Shown: piece by piece, positions 1 to 10,115 of the stretch
Numbering within the stretch: position 1 is the first letter of the stretch
Layout: the number at the start of each line of letters is the position of its first letter
NCBI GenBank assembly: GCA_001791995.1
Contig: MGFR01000001.1
Location: 242,638-306,637, forward strand
DNA: 64,000 bases
Direction of reading: 5' to 3'
From: Candidatus Woesebacteria bacterium RBG_13_46_13
Lineage (GTDB): Bacteria > Patescibacteriota > Microgenomatia > UBA8517
Made by a program: the position numbers and the translations under genes
Notes under the pieces: generated by a model
Database searches by the model: none
Told to the model about the DNA's origin: nothing
What the model saw: only the letters and a program-made list of their open reading frames with translations

Positions 1-104
1 CGGGAAAGAACCCGGGTGTACATGAAGGCGGTGAAGGCAGGTAAAAGCGAGCATGAACTTTCCGATGATGAAAGAAAAGCCCTAGTAAAGGCTCAAAAAA
101 GCAT

Positions 105-1316
105 ATGAAAGAAAACATATCCGCAAAGATTTCGAAACTTATCGCATCAAAGAAGTTTATGATGGTGGTCTCTTTCGTGGGGCTATATCTTTTGGCTACC
201 GGACTTTCTTTGGCAATATTCTCCTTCTTAAGAAAAGATACGGGGGTGACCTCGGGGGCGGTGGGTTCCACCCGCTCCAAGATCAACCTTGATTTACCCA
301 AAACAGAGGAATGTCCTATCAATGGATTAATGTTTACCAAGGCGGAGAAGGATATTTGGGAAGGCAGAAGGCCCATCACCGCTATGGTTGAAAACCACTC
401 GGACAGCCGTCCTCCATCAGGGCTTTCCAAGGCGGATGTTGTTTATGAGGCCGTGGCCGAAGGCGGCATCACCCGTTTCTTGAGCATCTTCTATTGTGGT
501 GCTGCAGCCGAGGATGTCAAGATTGCACCGGTTCGCTCAGCTAGGATTTATTTTGTCGACTTTGCGGCTGAATATGGGGTCAACCCGATATTTATGCATG
601 TGGGTGGAGCCAACGACTTTTCCGGTTCGGGTGATACTGCCAGGGACGTCAGGGCTCTTGAGACTCTTGAGTCTTTAGGCTGGAGAGTTCCGGGCGGAAA
701 CGATTTCGATACGACCTACGATTCCGGCTACCCGATTTTCTGGAGAAACTACGAAAGGTTGGATAAAACGGTGGCCACGGAGCATACAATGATGGCCTCA
801 CTCGATGCCGCTTATAAAGAGGCAGAAAAGCGCGGGTTTGGAGCCAAAGACGAGGACGGAGTGCGTTGGGACAAGAACTTTGTTTCCTGGAGATTCGCGG
901 ACGATAAGGCCCAGAGCCCCACAGCTAGCGATATCTCTTTCGGCTTCTGGGACAATAAACCCGACTACGATGTCGAGTGGAAATATGACGCTGCCGGAAA
1001 CAAATATCTAAGGTTCAACGGAGGAACGGAGCATACCGATCTTGAAACCAAGACCCAGCTCTCGGCGAAAAACGTAGTCATTCTTTTTGCCAAGGAAAGG
1101 GGACCTGTTGACAGAAACTTGCATATGTTCTATACAACAACCGGGACAGGAAAGGCTCTGATATTTCAAAACGGGGTAGCCATTGAAGGAACTTGGAAGA
1201 AGGAAGCCCGAACATCAAGGACCAAGTTTATGGACGAGAAAGGCAAAGAAATCTCTTTCGTACGCGGTCCTGTCTGGATAGAGATTGTTCCTGCCGGAAA
1301 TAGCGTCAATTACTAA
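105..1316 (+). CDS. DUF3048 (YerB-like) secreted/lipoprotein-family protein with N-terminal TM anchor
   Basis: 403-aa ORF. N-terminal hydrophobic helix. Motifs PITAMVENHSDSRPPSGLSKADVVYEAVAEGGITRF and APVRSARIYFVDFA resemble the DUF3048/YerB family from memory. Confidence 0.55.
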   Translation: MKENISAKISKLIASKKFMMVVSFVGLYLLATGLSLAIFSFLRKDTGVTSGAVGSTRSKINLDLPKTEECPINGLMFTKAEKDIWEGRRPITAMVENHSDSRPPSGLSKADVVYEAVAEGGITRFLSIFYCGAAAEDVKIAPVRSARIYFVDFAAEYGVNPIFMHVGGANDFSGSGDTARDVRALETLESLGWRVPGGNDFDTTYDSGYPIFWRNYERLDKTVATEHTMMASLDAAYKEAEKRGFGAKDEDGVRWDKNFVSWRFADDKAQSPTASDISFGFWDNKPDYDVEWKYDAAGNKYLRFNGGTEHTDLETKTQLSAKNVVILFAKERGPVDRNLHMFYTTTGTGKALIFQNGVAIEGTWKKEARTSRTKFMDEKGKEISFVRGPVWIEIVPAGNSVNY

Positions 1317-1347
1317 AAAACTCCTGCCCCCCAAAGAGATTACATAA

Positions 1348-1932
1348 ATGGCAGAACTTGGAGACATTATCACTTCTAAAGTAAGAATAAAAATTCTTGA
1401 ACTGTTCTTCTCCAACTTGGACGAAATGTATCACGTCAGGGGAATCGTCAGGGAGATCAAAGAGGAAATTAACGCAGTCAGGCGCGAGCTGGAAAGATTC
1501 GAAAATGCCGGAATCCTCAAAAAGGAACCCAGAGGCAACAGGGTTTATTATTGGGTCAGGCCAGATTACCCCCTGTTTGGAGATATCATCTCCATGGTTT
1601 CCAAATCAACGGGACTCGGTAAGTCGATAATCGAGAATCGAGGCAAAATCGGCAAAGTTATCTATGTCATGTTCTCCGGGAGACTTGTCAGGGGCAAGTC
1701 CAGGAAAAGGGAAGACGATGTGGACATTTTGGTTGTCGGGGATATTGTTTTGCCCGAATTGGCTTCCATAATCCGGGCTGAAGAATCCAAGCGCGGTAAA
1801 GAAATAAACTACACGGTGATGAGTAAAGAGGAGTTTGATTTCCGCAAGAAAAGAAGGGACCCGTTTCTTCTGGGGATCTTATCTGGTAGCCGCACCATGG
1901 TCATCGGGGACGAGGAGGAGTTGGTCAGTTAG
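1348..1932 (+). CDS. winged-helix (HTH) DNA-binding regulator-like protein
   Basis: 194-aa ORF. The N-terminus (VRIKILELF...YHVRGIVREIKEEINAVRRELERFENAGILK) looks like an ArsR/MarR-type winged helix. The C-terminal domain is unassigned. Confidence 0.4.
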   Translation: MAELGDIITSKVRIKILELFFSNLDEMYHVRGIVREIKEEINAVRRELERFENAGILKKEPRGNRVYYWVRPDYPLFGDIISMVSKSTGLGKSIIENRGKIGKVIYVMFSGRLVRGKSRKREDDVDILVVGDIVLPELASIIRAEESKRGKEINYTVMSKEEFDFRKKRRDPFLLGILSGSRTMVIGDEEELVS

Positions 1933-1934
1933 AC

Positions 1935-3275
1935 ATGCTTCGGCTTTCTTCTCCTGCCAAGAAAGTTACTCTGATATTTTTCCTCACACTCTTGGCTGGG
2001 TTTATCAGTTTGCCTCATGAGTTTTCTCTTTTCGGCAGGAAATTCACGCGCCCCAATATCAATATCCAATCCGACAGGTTTGACATTCAAAAGAATCTGG
2101 ACCTGGTGCTGGGCCTCGATTTAGCCGGAGGCAGCCATCTGGTGTTTGAAGCGGATTTGGGTAAAATTGCCGATGGGGAGAAGAAGGAAGCTTTAGACGC
2201 TGCAAGAAACATTATCGAGCAGCGAGTAAATATGTTTGGAACTAGTGAGGCTAATGTCCAAACATCGTCCTTTGAAGGTAAGGATAGAATTATCGTTGAA
2301 TTACCAGGAATAAGTGACCCCCGAACCGCATCGGAAATAATAGGCAAAACTGCTCAACTTGATTTTAGGGAGTTTATCAATCCACAAGACGCAACGATTG
2401 GCGCAACTTTGGCTAATACAATTTCGACTGGATTTACCGGAGCGGATTTTAAAAAGGCTTCCCCGGCGTTTGACCAAAATGCGGGGAGACCTGTTATTTC
2501 TTTTGAAACTAAACCTGATGCCGCAAAAAAGTTTGGTGAAATAACAACGAGGCTTGTTGGTAAACCGCTGGCAATATTTCTAGATGCATCTCCGATTTCT
2601 TGGCCGACGGTACAGGAACCAATAACACAAGGAACCGGTCAGATAACAGGGGGGTTTACAGTTGAAGAAACAAAATTTATTTCTAAACTTTTGAACGCAG
2701 GAGCGCTTCCCGTTCCGGTTACCTTAATTGAAGAAAGAACGGTTGGGGCCACCCTGGGAGCCGAATCAATTGCCCGCAGCGTCCGCGCGGGCCTGGTTGG
2801 CCTTTCCATGGTTCTCCTTTTTATGGTTTTGGAGTACGGAAAACTGGGACTGGTGGCGGATATTGGCCTGATTATTTTCGGAGTTTTAACCCTGGCTCTT
2901 TATAAACTAGTTCCGGTCGTGCTCACCCTTCCTGGAATTGCAGGATTTCTTTTGTCTGTAGGAATGGCTGTTGACAGCAACATCCTGATATTTGAGAGAT
3001 TCAAAGAAGAAAAGGTCAGACGGCCCGTGGCCGATGCTTTGGAAGTTTCCTTCGGCAGGGCCTGGGATTCGATCAGGGATGCCAATATCTCAACTTTGGT
3101 TACGGCCTTTGTTCTGGCCAATCCCCTTGATTGGCAATTTCTAAATACATCAGGCCCGGTCAGGGGATTTGCCATCACTCTGGCTTTAGGCATCGGCTTA
3201 AGCCTTTTTACGGGAATCGTTGTATCCCGCAATCTGTTAAGGGTCTTTATCAGAGAGGGTAAGGTAACTAAATAA
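1935..3275 (+). CDS. secD: protein translocase subunit SecD
   Basis: 446 aa. N-terminal TM plus periplasmic domain and a C-terminal six-TM SSD-like region. Sits immediately upstream of secF; typical SecD motifs LGLDLAGG and GxxVDSNILIFERF. Confidence 0.9.
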   Translation: MLRLSSPAKKVTLIFFLTLLAGFISLPHEFSLFGRKFTRPNINIQSDRFDIQKNLDLVLGLDLAGGSHLVFEADLGKIADGEKKEALDAARNIIEQRVNMFGTSEANVQTSSFEGKDRIIVELPGISDPRTASEIIGKTAQLDFREFINPQDATIGATLANTISTGFTGADFKKASPAFDQNAGRPVISFETKPDAAKKFGEITTRLVGKPLAIFLDASPISWPTVQEPITQGTGQITGGFTVEETKFISKLLNAGALPVPVTLIEERTVGATLGAESIARSVRAGLVGLSMVLLFMVLEYGKLGLVADIGLIIFGVLTLALYKLVPVVLTLPGIAGFLLSVGMAVDSNILIFERFKEEKVRRPVADALEVSFGRAWDSIRDANISTLVTAFVLANPLDWQFLNTSGPVRGFAITLALGIGLSLFTGIVVSRNLLRVFIREGKVTK

Positions 3276-3276
3276 T

Positions 3277-4143
3277 ATGAAGTGGATGAAATACAGACTG
3301 GTCTATTTTGCCATTTCGGCCCTGGTAATCGCAGTGGGAGTATTTAGCCTTCTTAAGTGGGGACTGGCCTTTGGGGTGGACTTTAAAGGTGGGGCGATTC
3401 TGGAATATAGATTTAACACAGACGTTTCGGAAGAGAAACTAACTTCGCTTATCGAAGGCACCAAGGCTCAGGTTGCCTCTGTCCAGAAAACCGGCAACGG
3501 TTCCTACATTATCAGGCTTTCGCCTATTTCTATTGAGCAAAAAGAGATAATCGGTGTGCTTCTGGAGAAGAACTTTGAGGCCCAGGAGCTTAGATTTGAA
3601 AACGTCGGTCCATCAATCGGTCCCGAGCTGGTCAAAAAAACACTTTACGCTCTCATCATTTCCGCCACGGCAATTCTGCTTTGGGTTGCCATCCAGTTTA
3701 AGAGCATCAAATTCGGAGCCAGTGCGGTTTTGGCCATGTTCCACGACAGCGTGGTGGTTATCGGAACCTATTCGTTCTTGGGACACTTTTTCGGAGCGGA
3801 GGTGGACTTTCTTTTTGTGACGGCACTTCTGACCATTCTTTCCTTTTCTGTACACGACACCATTGTCGTTTACGACCGAATTCGTGAGAGCCACAAAAAA
3901 CTGGGGGGCAGCGTCACCGAGTTGGCGGATAAGGCCATTTCCGAAACAATGGTCAGGTCTTTAAATAATTCATTTACCATAATCTTCATGCTGGTGGCGC
4001 TTCTCCTTTTGGGAGGGACGACCATCCGCTGGTTTGCGGCGACACTCCTTATCGGAACTGTTTCGGGAACTTACTCTTCGCCCTTTGTGGCGGTCCCGAT
4101 TCTGGTAACCTGGGAGGAGATACAGAAGAAGATTAAAGGCTAA
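3277..4143 (+). CDS. secF: protein translocase subunit SecF
   Basis: 288 aa, polytopic membrane protein. Has FGVDFKGG and the HD(T)IVVYDRIRE motif typical of SecF. Forms an operon pair with secD. Confidence 0.9.
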   Translation: MKWMKYRLVYFAISALVIAVGVFSLLKWGLAFGVDFKGGAILEYRFNTDVSEEKLTSLIEGTKAQVASVQKTGNGSYIIRLSPISIEQKEIIGVLLEKNFEAQELRFENVGPSIGPELVKKTLYALIISATAILLWVAIQFKSIKFGASAVLAMFHDSVVVIGTYSFLGHFFGAEVDFLFVTALLTILSFSVHDTIVVYDRIRESHKKLGGSVTELADKAISETMVRSLNNSFTIIFMLVALLLLGGTTIRWFAATLLIGTVSGTYSSPFVAVPILVTWEEIQKKIKG

Positions 4144-4148
4144 AGCTT

Positions 4149-5501
4149 TTATTTAATTCTTTTCAATTCTTTAACCAACACCTCTTTTTCGTTCGCCAAT
4201 TCTTTTTCGACAACTTTTTCAAAGAGGGCATTTAGTATTTCTCCAACCTTCGGTCCGGGGGCAAGATCAAGTGTCTTCATTACATCGTTTCCGTCTATTT
4301 TCAGATCCCGCACCGTAAAGGGTTGTTTTTGAACTTCGATTAGTCTTTTCTTGAATTCTTCCAACCTCCATGAGGTCTCCCTGGCGCCTCCGCCTAACCT
4401 GTCGGCAACTCTGAGGTAAAGCATGTCGGTAATGTTTTCCTTGCCCACGTTTTTGATAAAGCGTCTTATCGCCGAATCCGTCTGGCGCTCATCCACCGTA
4501 AACTGATGCCACCTGATAAGTGTTACGAATTTATCCGTTTCCTCATTGGAAAACCTCAATCTTTCGGCAATATTTCTGGCGATTTTGGTGGAGATTACCT
4601 CGTGGTTATAAAAGGTAATCACCCCGGTCGGAAGTTTTTTGTAGGTTGCGGGCTTGCCGATATCGTGGATTAGAGTGGCAAAGCGTACCAAAGGATCCGT
4701 TGACTTACAGGCCTTAAGGCTCATCAAAAGGTGGGTGCCCACATCGTAAAGATGGTGCCTGCCCGGAGATTTCTGCTCGACCCCGAAAGCCTTCTCCAGC
4801 TCCGGAAGGATCTCCTGCATCAGACCGGAATTTCTGAAGAGCAATATTCCCTCGTAAGGATTGGGTGAGGCCAGAAGTTTAAAAAGCTCTTCCTTGACCC
4901 GTTCCCTGGCGATTTTACCTATCAAAGCCGCATTCTTCTTTATCGCTTCAAGGGTTGCCTCCTCAATCGTAAAGCCCAACTCTGCGGCGATTCTTAAGGC
5001 TCGCATCATCCTTAAGGCATCTTCGGCAAATCTGACGTTGGCATCTCCCACGGCCCTGACCATCTTTTTGTCCAAATCTTTTTGTCCCCCGAAAAGGTCG
5101 ACTATTTCGTATTCGTGGTCTGCCTTAAGTTTCTCCAGGGCCATGGCGTTGATGGTGAAATCCCGTCTGGCCATGTCCTCTTTAAGCGTCTTGCCCCATT
5201 CGACCCTGTCTGGGCGGCGTGCGTCCGAGTAACCGAATTCTTTTCTGAAGGTGGTTATCTCATAGGGGTTGGTCGAGGAGGCGTCACTCACGCCTACGGT
5301 ACCGAACTCGTTGTCGTAAAATCCGTCGGGAAAAATCTTTAATATTTCCTCGGGGGTGGCACTGGTTGTGAAATCCCAGTCATCAACCGACCTGCCAGTC
5401 AATAAATCCCTGACTGCTCCTCCCACAACATATATTTCGTAGTTATTCTCCGAGAACTTTTTTAAAATTTCCTGTACGAATTCTGGGAGCTGAATTTTCA
5501 T
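4149..5501 (-). CDS. cca: CCA-adding tRNA nucleotidyltransferase with C-terminal HD domain
   Basis: 450 aa. N-terminal PolyA-pol head (GGAVRDLLTGR...DWDFTT) and HD motif (HDIGKP) in the C-terminal half. Confidence 0.85.
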   Translation of the reverse strand: MKIQLPEFVQEILKKFSENNYEIYVVGGAVRDLLTGRSVDDWDFTTSATPEEILKIFPDGFYDNEFGTVGVSDASSTNPYEITTFRKEFGYSDARRPDRVEWGKTLKEDMARRDFTINAMALEKLKADHEYEIVDLFGGQKDLDKKMVRAVGDANVRFAEDALRMMRALRIAAELGFTIEEATLEAIKKNAALIGKIARERVKEELFKLLASPNPYEGILLFRNSGLMQEILPELEKAFGVEQKSPGRHHLYDVGTHLLMSLKACKSTDPLVRFATLIHDIGKPATYKKLPTGVITFYNHEVISTKIARNIAERLRFSNEETDKFVTLIRWHQFTVDERQTDSAIRRFIKNVGKENITDMLYLRVADRLGGGARETSWRLEEFKKRLIEVQKQPFTVRDLKIDGNDVMKTLDLAPGPKVGEILNALFEKVVEKELANEKEVLVKELKRIK

Positions 5502-5549
5502 CGTAATCTAATTATACTTCAGTCATCGGAAAGAAATTAAGGCACAAAT

Positions 5550-7217
5550 ATGAATAATCTTGGATTTAGATGGGAAGTTTTGGAAAAGGCGAAAGTAAAA
5601 GATATTATTCCTACCCTCCTAAGGAATAGAGGTATCACCTCAAAAAAGGACAAAGAGGAATTCTTTAAACCTACTCCGGCGGAGAAGATCTCGGTCAAAG
5701 CGCTGGGTGTAAATCCCAAAGAAATCGCCAAGGCAATTACCAGAATAAAGCTGGCCAGAAAAACGCAGGAAAAAGTAATTGTCTACGGAGATTATGACGC
5801 TGACGGAATTTGCGGGACAGCGATTTTATGGGAAGCACTTTTTACCCGGGGGTTAAATGTCCTGCCCCATATTCCCGAAAGATTTACCGAAGGGTATGGG
5901 CTCAATGTCGAAAGCATCAAAAAACTAAAAAAGGAAGATGAGAATCTGGGCCTGATCATTACGGTAGATCATGGCATTGTGGCAAATACAAAAGTCGATC
6001 TTGCCCGGGAGCTGGGGATAGACGTCATTGTCACCGATCACCACGAGCCGGCAAAGCTTAAGCCTAAAACCTATGCTTTGGTACATACCACCAAAATTTC
6101 CGGTTCGGCCGTTGCTTGGGTATTGGCCAGGGAGATAGGCAAAAAGATTAAAAACGAAAAACCAAAACTCAAAGACCTAAGTTCTTTAGAATTGGCTGCA
6201 ATCGGGACTCTGGCGGATCAGCTGCCCCTGATTGGCCCCAACCGTTCCTTTGCCAAATACGGACTCGAAGCACTGAATAAAACTCAGAGGGTCGGGCTTT
6301 TAGCGCTTTTTAAGGAAGCGGCCATTGTTCCGGGAGAAATTGGTCCTTATGAGGTCGGCTTTATCATTGCCCCGAGAATTAATGCCACAGGGAGGCTGAC
6401 CCACGCGATTGATTCTTTGCGGATTCTTTGCACCAGGAGTGTATCAAGAGCGCAGGAGCTGGCGGAGCATTTGGGCAGAACCAATCTAGAAAGGCAAAGA
6501 ATAGTCCAGGAGGTGGTCGTTCATGCCCGGGAAAGGCTAAAAGGCGGAGTTGGGGAAAGTATTATTATCCTGGCCCACGAAAGCTACCACGAGGGAGTAA
6601 TCGGACTGGCCGCAGCCAAATTGGTTGAAGAATTCTATAGACCGGCAATCGTGCTGTCTAAAAAGGGCGAGATTTCAAAAGCCTCTGCCCGCTCAATATC
6701 GGGTTTTAATATCATTGCGGCAATAAGAAGCCTGAAGCGTCTTTATATCGAAGGGGGTGGACACCCGATGGCAGCGGGCTTTTCGATCAAGACGGTTAAG
6801 ATCCAAAAGTTTTCCAAAGAGATAAATAAACTTTCCAAGAAAGCTCTCACCCCGGAAATACTATCAAAGCGGATTAAAATCGATACCGAGGCCCACTTTA
6901 ATCAATTGAATCAGGCCCTTTATGATAAAATAAAAGCCTTCGAGCCTACTGGGCTTGGGAATCCTGCACCGGTATTTATTACAAGAGACGTCGAAGTCCT
7001 TGAAGCAAGGCGGGTAGGGAAAGAAGGATCTCATTTGAAATTACGTTTGGCAAAGGACGGAATTAATTTTGAAGCGATAGGTTTTGGACTAACCAAGCGC
7101 TTCACCGATTTGGGACAGGCTGAAAAAATGGACATCGTCTACTGCCTTGATGAAAACGTTTTTAACGGCAGAAAAAGCCTGCAGCTAAAGATAAAGGACA
7201 TCAGGAAAAATGCGTGA
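5550..7217 (+). CDS. recJ: single-stranded-DNA-specific exonuclease RecJ
   Basis: 555 aa. DHH motifs (YGDYDADGICG, VTDHHEP) and a DHHA1 C-terminal region (GGGHPMAAG). Confidence 0.9.
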   Translation: MNNLGFRWEVLEKAKVKDIIPTLLRNRGITSKKDKEEFFKPTPAEKISVKALGVNPKEIAKAITRIKLARKTQEKVIVYGDYDADGICGTAILWEALFTRGLNVLPHIPERFTEGYGLNVESIKKLKKEDENLGLIITVDHGIVANTKVDLARELGIDVIVTDHHEPAKLKPKTYALVHTTKISGSAVAWVLAREIGKKIKNEKPKLKDLSSLELAAIGTLADQLPLIGPNRSFAKYGLEALNKTQRVGLLALFKEAAIVPGEIGPYEVGFIIAPRINATGRLTHAIDSLRILCTRSVSRAQELAEHLGRTNLERQRIVQEVVVHARERLKGGVGESIIILAHESYHEGVIGLAAAKLVEEFYRPAIVLSKKGEISKASARSISGFNIIAAIRSLKRLYIEGGGHPMAAGFSIKTVKIQKFSKEINKLSKKALTPEILSKRIKIDTEAHFNQLNQALYDKIKAFEPTGLGNPAPVFITRDVEVLEARRVGKEGSHLKLRLAKDGINFEAIGFGLTKRFTDLGQAEKMDIVYCLDENVFNGRKSLQLKIKDIRKNA

Positions 7218-8712
7218 TTTAAAAAAGAAATTTAAAGATCTTAAGCAAAATATATTGGATTACAATCCGCAGGCTGATATTGGGCAGATTGAGAAAGCCT
7301 GGAATTTTGCGGTTCTGGCCCATACCGAGCAAAAGAGATTAAGCGGTGAGCCTTTCGTGTCTCACCCTTTGGAGGTTGCCCTCAGGCTCGCCAAATGGAA
7401 ACTCGATACAACCTCAATAATTGTGGGGCTACTTCATGACACAGTGGAGGATGGCGGAGCCAAAAGGGAAGATATCGTTGAAGGCTTTGGTGAGGATGTC
7501 GCAGCCCTTGTCGACGGGGTGACAAAGGTCACGGACTTAAGGCTTAAAGGCAGCCGCGAGAGGGAGTTTATCGAGAACTTGAGAAAGATGCTTCTGGTTA
7601 TGGCCAAAGACCTGCGGGTAATACTGGTTAAGCTTGCGGATAGGCTGCATAACATGGAGACCCTCTTTGCCCTTGCCCCGGAGAAACGAAAGATAAATGC
7701 GATAGAAACCTTAGAAATTTATGCCCCCTTGGCCGAAAGACTGGGAATGGGAGAGGTTAAGGGACAACTTGAAGATTTGGCCTTCCCTTATGTTTATCCG
7801 AGCCAGTATAAAAAATTACTGCGGCGCTCAAAACCCTTTTACAAAGAAGCGGAAGGCCATATCAATAAAATGAAAAAGGTTCTTCTCAAAAAGCTTCTGG
7901 AGGAAAATCTAAATGCAGAAATTCATGCCAGGAAAAAGCATTTATTTTCTCTCTGGAAAAAACTGGAGAGGTCGGAAGTCGGTTGGGATTTTGGTAAGGT
8001 TCACGATATTGTGGCGATAAGGATAATTGCCGGAACGGTTGCCCAATGCTATAGCGCTTTGGGTATCGTCCACGGCAACTACAAGCCCGTTCCCTATATC
8101 GGGGTTTCGGATTTTATCGCCCAACCCAAGCCCAACGGCTACCGTTCTATCCACACCAAAGTTTTCGGTCCGGAAGGAAGGATTGTTGAGGTCCAGATCA
8201 GAACCTTTCTGATGCATAAAGAGGCGGAGGAGGGAATCGCTGCCCACTGGGTCTACTCCGATGCCAAGGGAAAAGGAGCCAGCGACGCGATTTTGGAAAA
8301 AGGCGACGTTTTTGCCCCTTCCGAAAAGCTTTCCTGGGTACGCCAGCTTGTGGACTGGCAAAAAGAGATGACGGATTCGGATGAGTTTCTTAAGGCCGTA
8401 AAATTCGACGCTTTAAGACACCGGAATTTTGTTTTTTCTCCCCTGGGGGATGTTTACGATTTGCCGGCTGACTCCACCCCGGTGGATTTTGCCTATGCGG
8501 TCCATACCGATTTGGGCAGGTTCATTACGGGTGCAAAAGTGGACGGGAAAATCGTCCCCTTGGACTACAAACTTAAAAGCGGCCAAGTGGTTGAAATATT
8601 GAAATCCAAAAATCCCAGAACCCCTAATCCCCACTGGGCAGATTTCGTTGTCACAACCTTGGCCAGGCGCGAAATAAACAGGTATTTGAGAAAGACAGGC
8701 CCGACAGAGTAG
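7210..8712 (+). CDS. rel: bifunctional (p)ppGpp synthetase/hydrolase, short RelA/SpoT-family (HD + synthetase + TGS, no ACT)
   Basis: 500 aa. HD motif HDTVED, synthetase motif RKKHLFSLWKKL, TGS-like VFSPLGDVYDLPADSTPVDFAYAVH. Start overlaps the recJ stop (ATGcgTGA). Confidence 0.85.
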   Translation: MRDLKKKFKDLKQNILDYNPQADIGQIEKAWNFAVLAHTEQKRLSGEPFVSHPLEVALRLAKWKLDTTSIIVGLLHDTVEDGGAKREDIVEGFGEDVAALVDGVTKVTDLRLKGSREREFIENLRKMLLVMAKDLRVILVKLADRLHNMETLFALAPEKRKINAIETLEIYAPLAERLGMGEVKGQLEDLAFPYVYPSQYKKLLRRSKPFYKEAEGHINKMKKVLLKKLLEENLNAEIHARKKHLFSLWKKLERSEVGWDFGKVHDIVAIRIIAGTVAQCYSALGIVHGNYKPVPYIGVSDFIAQPKPNGYRSIHTKVFGPEGRIVEVQIRTFLMHKEAEEGIAAHWVYSDAKGKGASDAILEKGDVFAPSEKLSWVRQLVDWQKEMTDSDEFLKAVKFDALRHRNFVFSPLGDVYDLPADSTPVDFAYAVHTDLGRFITGAKVDGKIVPLDYKLKSGQVVEILKSKNPRTPNPHWADFVVTTLARREINRYLRKTGPTE

Positions 8713-8723
8713 AATTTATCAAG

Positions 8724-10115
8724 ATGCAAAGAACTTTGATTTCGGAAACAGCAAAAAAGACGGGAGAAAAAGTGGAACTTTTCGGTTGGATAGACAGCAT
8801 CCGCGACCACGGAAAAATTACCTTCATCGACTTAAGGGACGCAACCGGAATAGTTCAGTGTGTAGGGGAGGCTCTTGACAAGGTTTCGGTCGAAAGCGTG
8901 GTGTCCATTTCCGGTACTGTTGTTGAAAGACCCGAGAATTTAATCAATCCGAACCTCGAAACGGGAAAGTTCGAAATCAAGATTGAAAAGATGGAGATAG
9001 TCTCCAGAGCGGCGGAGCTTCCCATTCCGATTGGGGGAGACGGAGCAGACATCGACGAAGGATTGAGACTTAAATACCGTTATCTGGATTTAAGGCGCCC
9101 CAGAATGGCCAAGAATTTAAGGCTTCGTTCCAAGGTGACGACATTTATCAGAAATTGGTTGACCAAAAAAGATTTTGTGGAGATTGAAACTCCGATATTA
9201 ACCAAGACCACCCCCGAAGGGGCCAGAGATTTTATCGTGCCTTCAAGACTTCAACCTGGCAATTTCTACGCTCTGCCCCAGTCGCCGCAGCAATACAAAC
9301 AATTACTGATGGTTGCGGGCTTTGAGAAATATTTCCAGATTGCCCGCTGTTTTAGGGACGAAGACCCGAGAGCTGATAGGGCCTATGGCGAGTTTAGCCA
9401 ACTCGATTTGGAAATGTCCTTTGTCGAGCAAGAAGACATTCTGAGATTGACAGAAGATCTTTTTAGCGATTTGGTCGCCGAAGTTTTTCCCGAGAAAAAA
9501 ATCAGCTCAAGCCCTTGGCCCAGAATTTCCCACAAAGAAGCCAAAGAAAAATATGGCAGCGATAGGCCGGATTTGAGGAAAGATAAAAACGACAAAGACG
9601 AATTGGCGTTTGCCTGGATTGTGGATTTCCCGCTTTTTACGGAACAATCGAAAGAAGATTTCTATCACGGCTCCGGAGCATCCCGCTGGGCACCGTCACA
9701 TCATATGTTTACCGCTCCCCGTCCTGAAGACATCGCCCTTTTGGACAAAGACCCGGGGAAGGTGCGGGGACTTCAGCACGATTTGGTCTTAAACGGCTAT
9801 GAAGTGGGCGGCGGCAGCGTCAGGATTCACGATGCGGAGATCCAAAAGAAAGTTTTCGATTTGATTGGCTTTTCAGAAAAGCAAAAGGAAGAATTTGCCC
9901 ACATGCTGACGGCTTTTAAGTACGGTGTTCCGCCGCATGGGGGGATTGCTCCCGGCCTGGACAGGTTTTTGATGGTAGTTTTGGGAGAGTCCTCGGTCAG
10001 GGAAACAATTGCATATCCGATGACGGCCGGAGGAACAACCGCGGTCATGGATGCTCCTTCCGAGGCCACCCCAGACCAGCTAAAAGAATTGGGAATAACA
10101 GTACGGGGAAAATAA
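8724..10115 (+). CDS. aspS: aspartyl-tRNA synthetase, short archaeal/non-discriminating type (no GAD insertion)
   Basis: 463 aa. OB-fold N-terminus, class II motifs (FRDEDPRADR, GGGSVRIHD, GIAPGLDR), QSPQ loop. Length argues for the archaeal-type enzyme. Confidence 0.85.
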   Translation: MQRTLISETAKKTGEKVELFGWIDSIRDHGKITFIDLRDATGIVQCVGEALDKVSVESVVSISGTVVERPENLINPNLETGKFEIKIEKMEIVSRAAELPIPIGGDGADIDEGLRLKYRYLDLRRPRMAKNLRLRSKVTTFIRNWLTKKDFVEIETPILTKTTPEGARDFIVPSRLQPGNFYALPQSPQQYKQLLMVAGFEKYFQIARCFRDEDPRADRAYGEFSQLDLEMSFVEQEDILRLTEDLFSDLVAEVFPEKKISSSPWPRISHKEAKEKYGSDRPDLRKDKNDKDELAFAWIVDFPLFTEQSKEDFYHGSGASRWAPSHHMFTAPRPEDIALLDKDPGKVRGLQHDLVLNGYEVGGGSVRIHDAEIQKKVFDLIGFSEKQKEEFAHMLTAFKYGVPPHGGIAPGLDRFLMVVLGESSVRETIAYPMTAGGTTAVMDAPSEATPDQLKELGITVRGK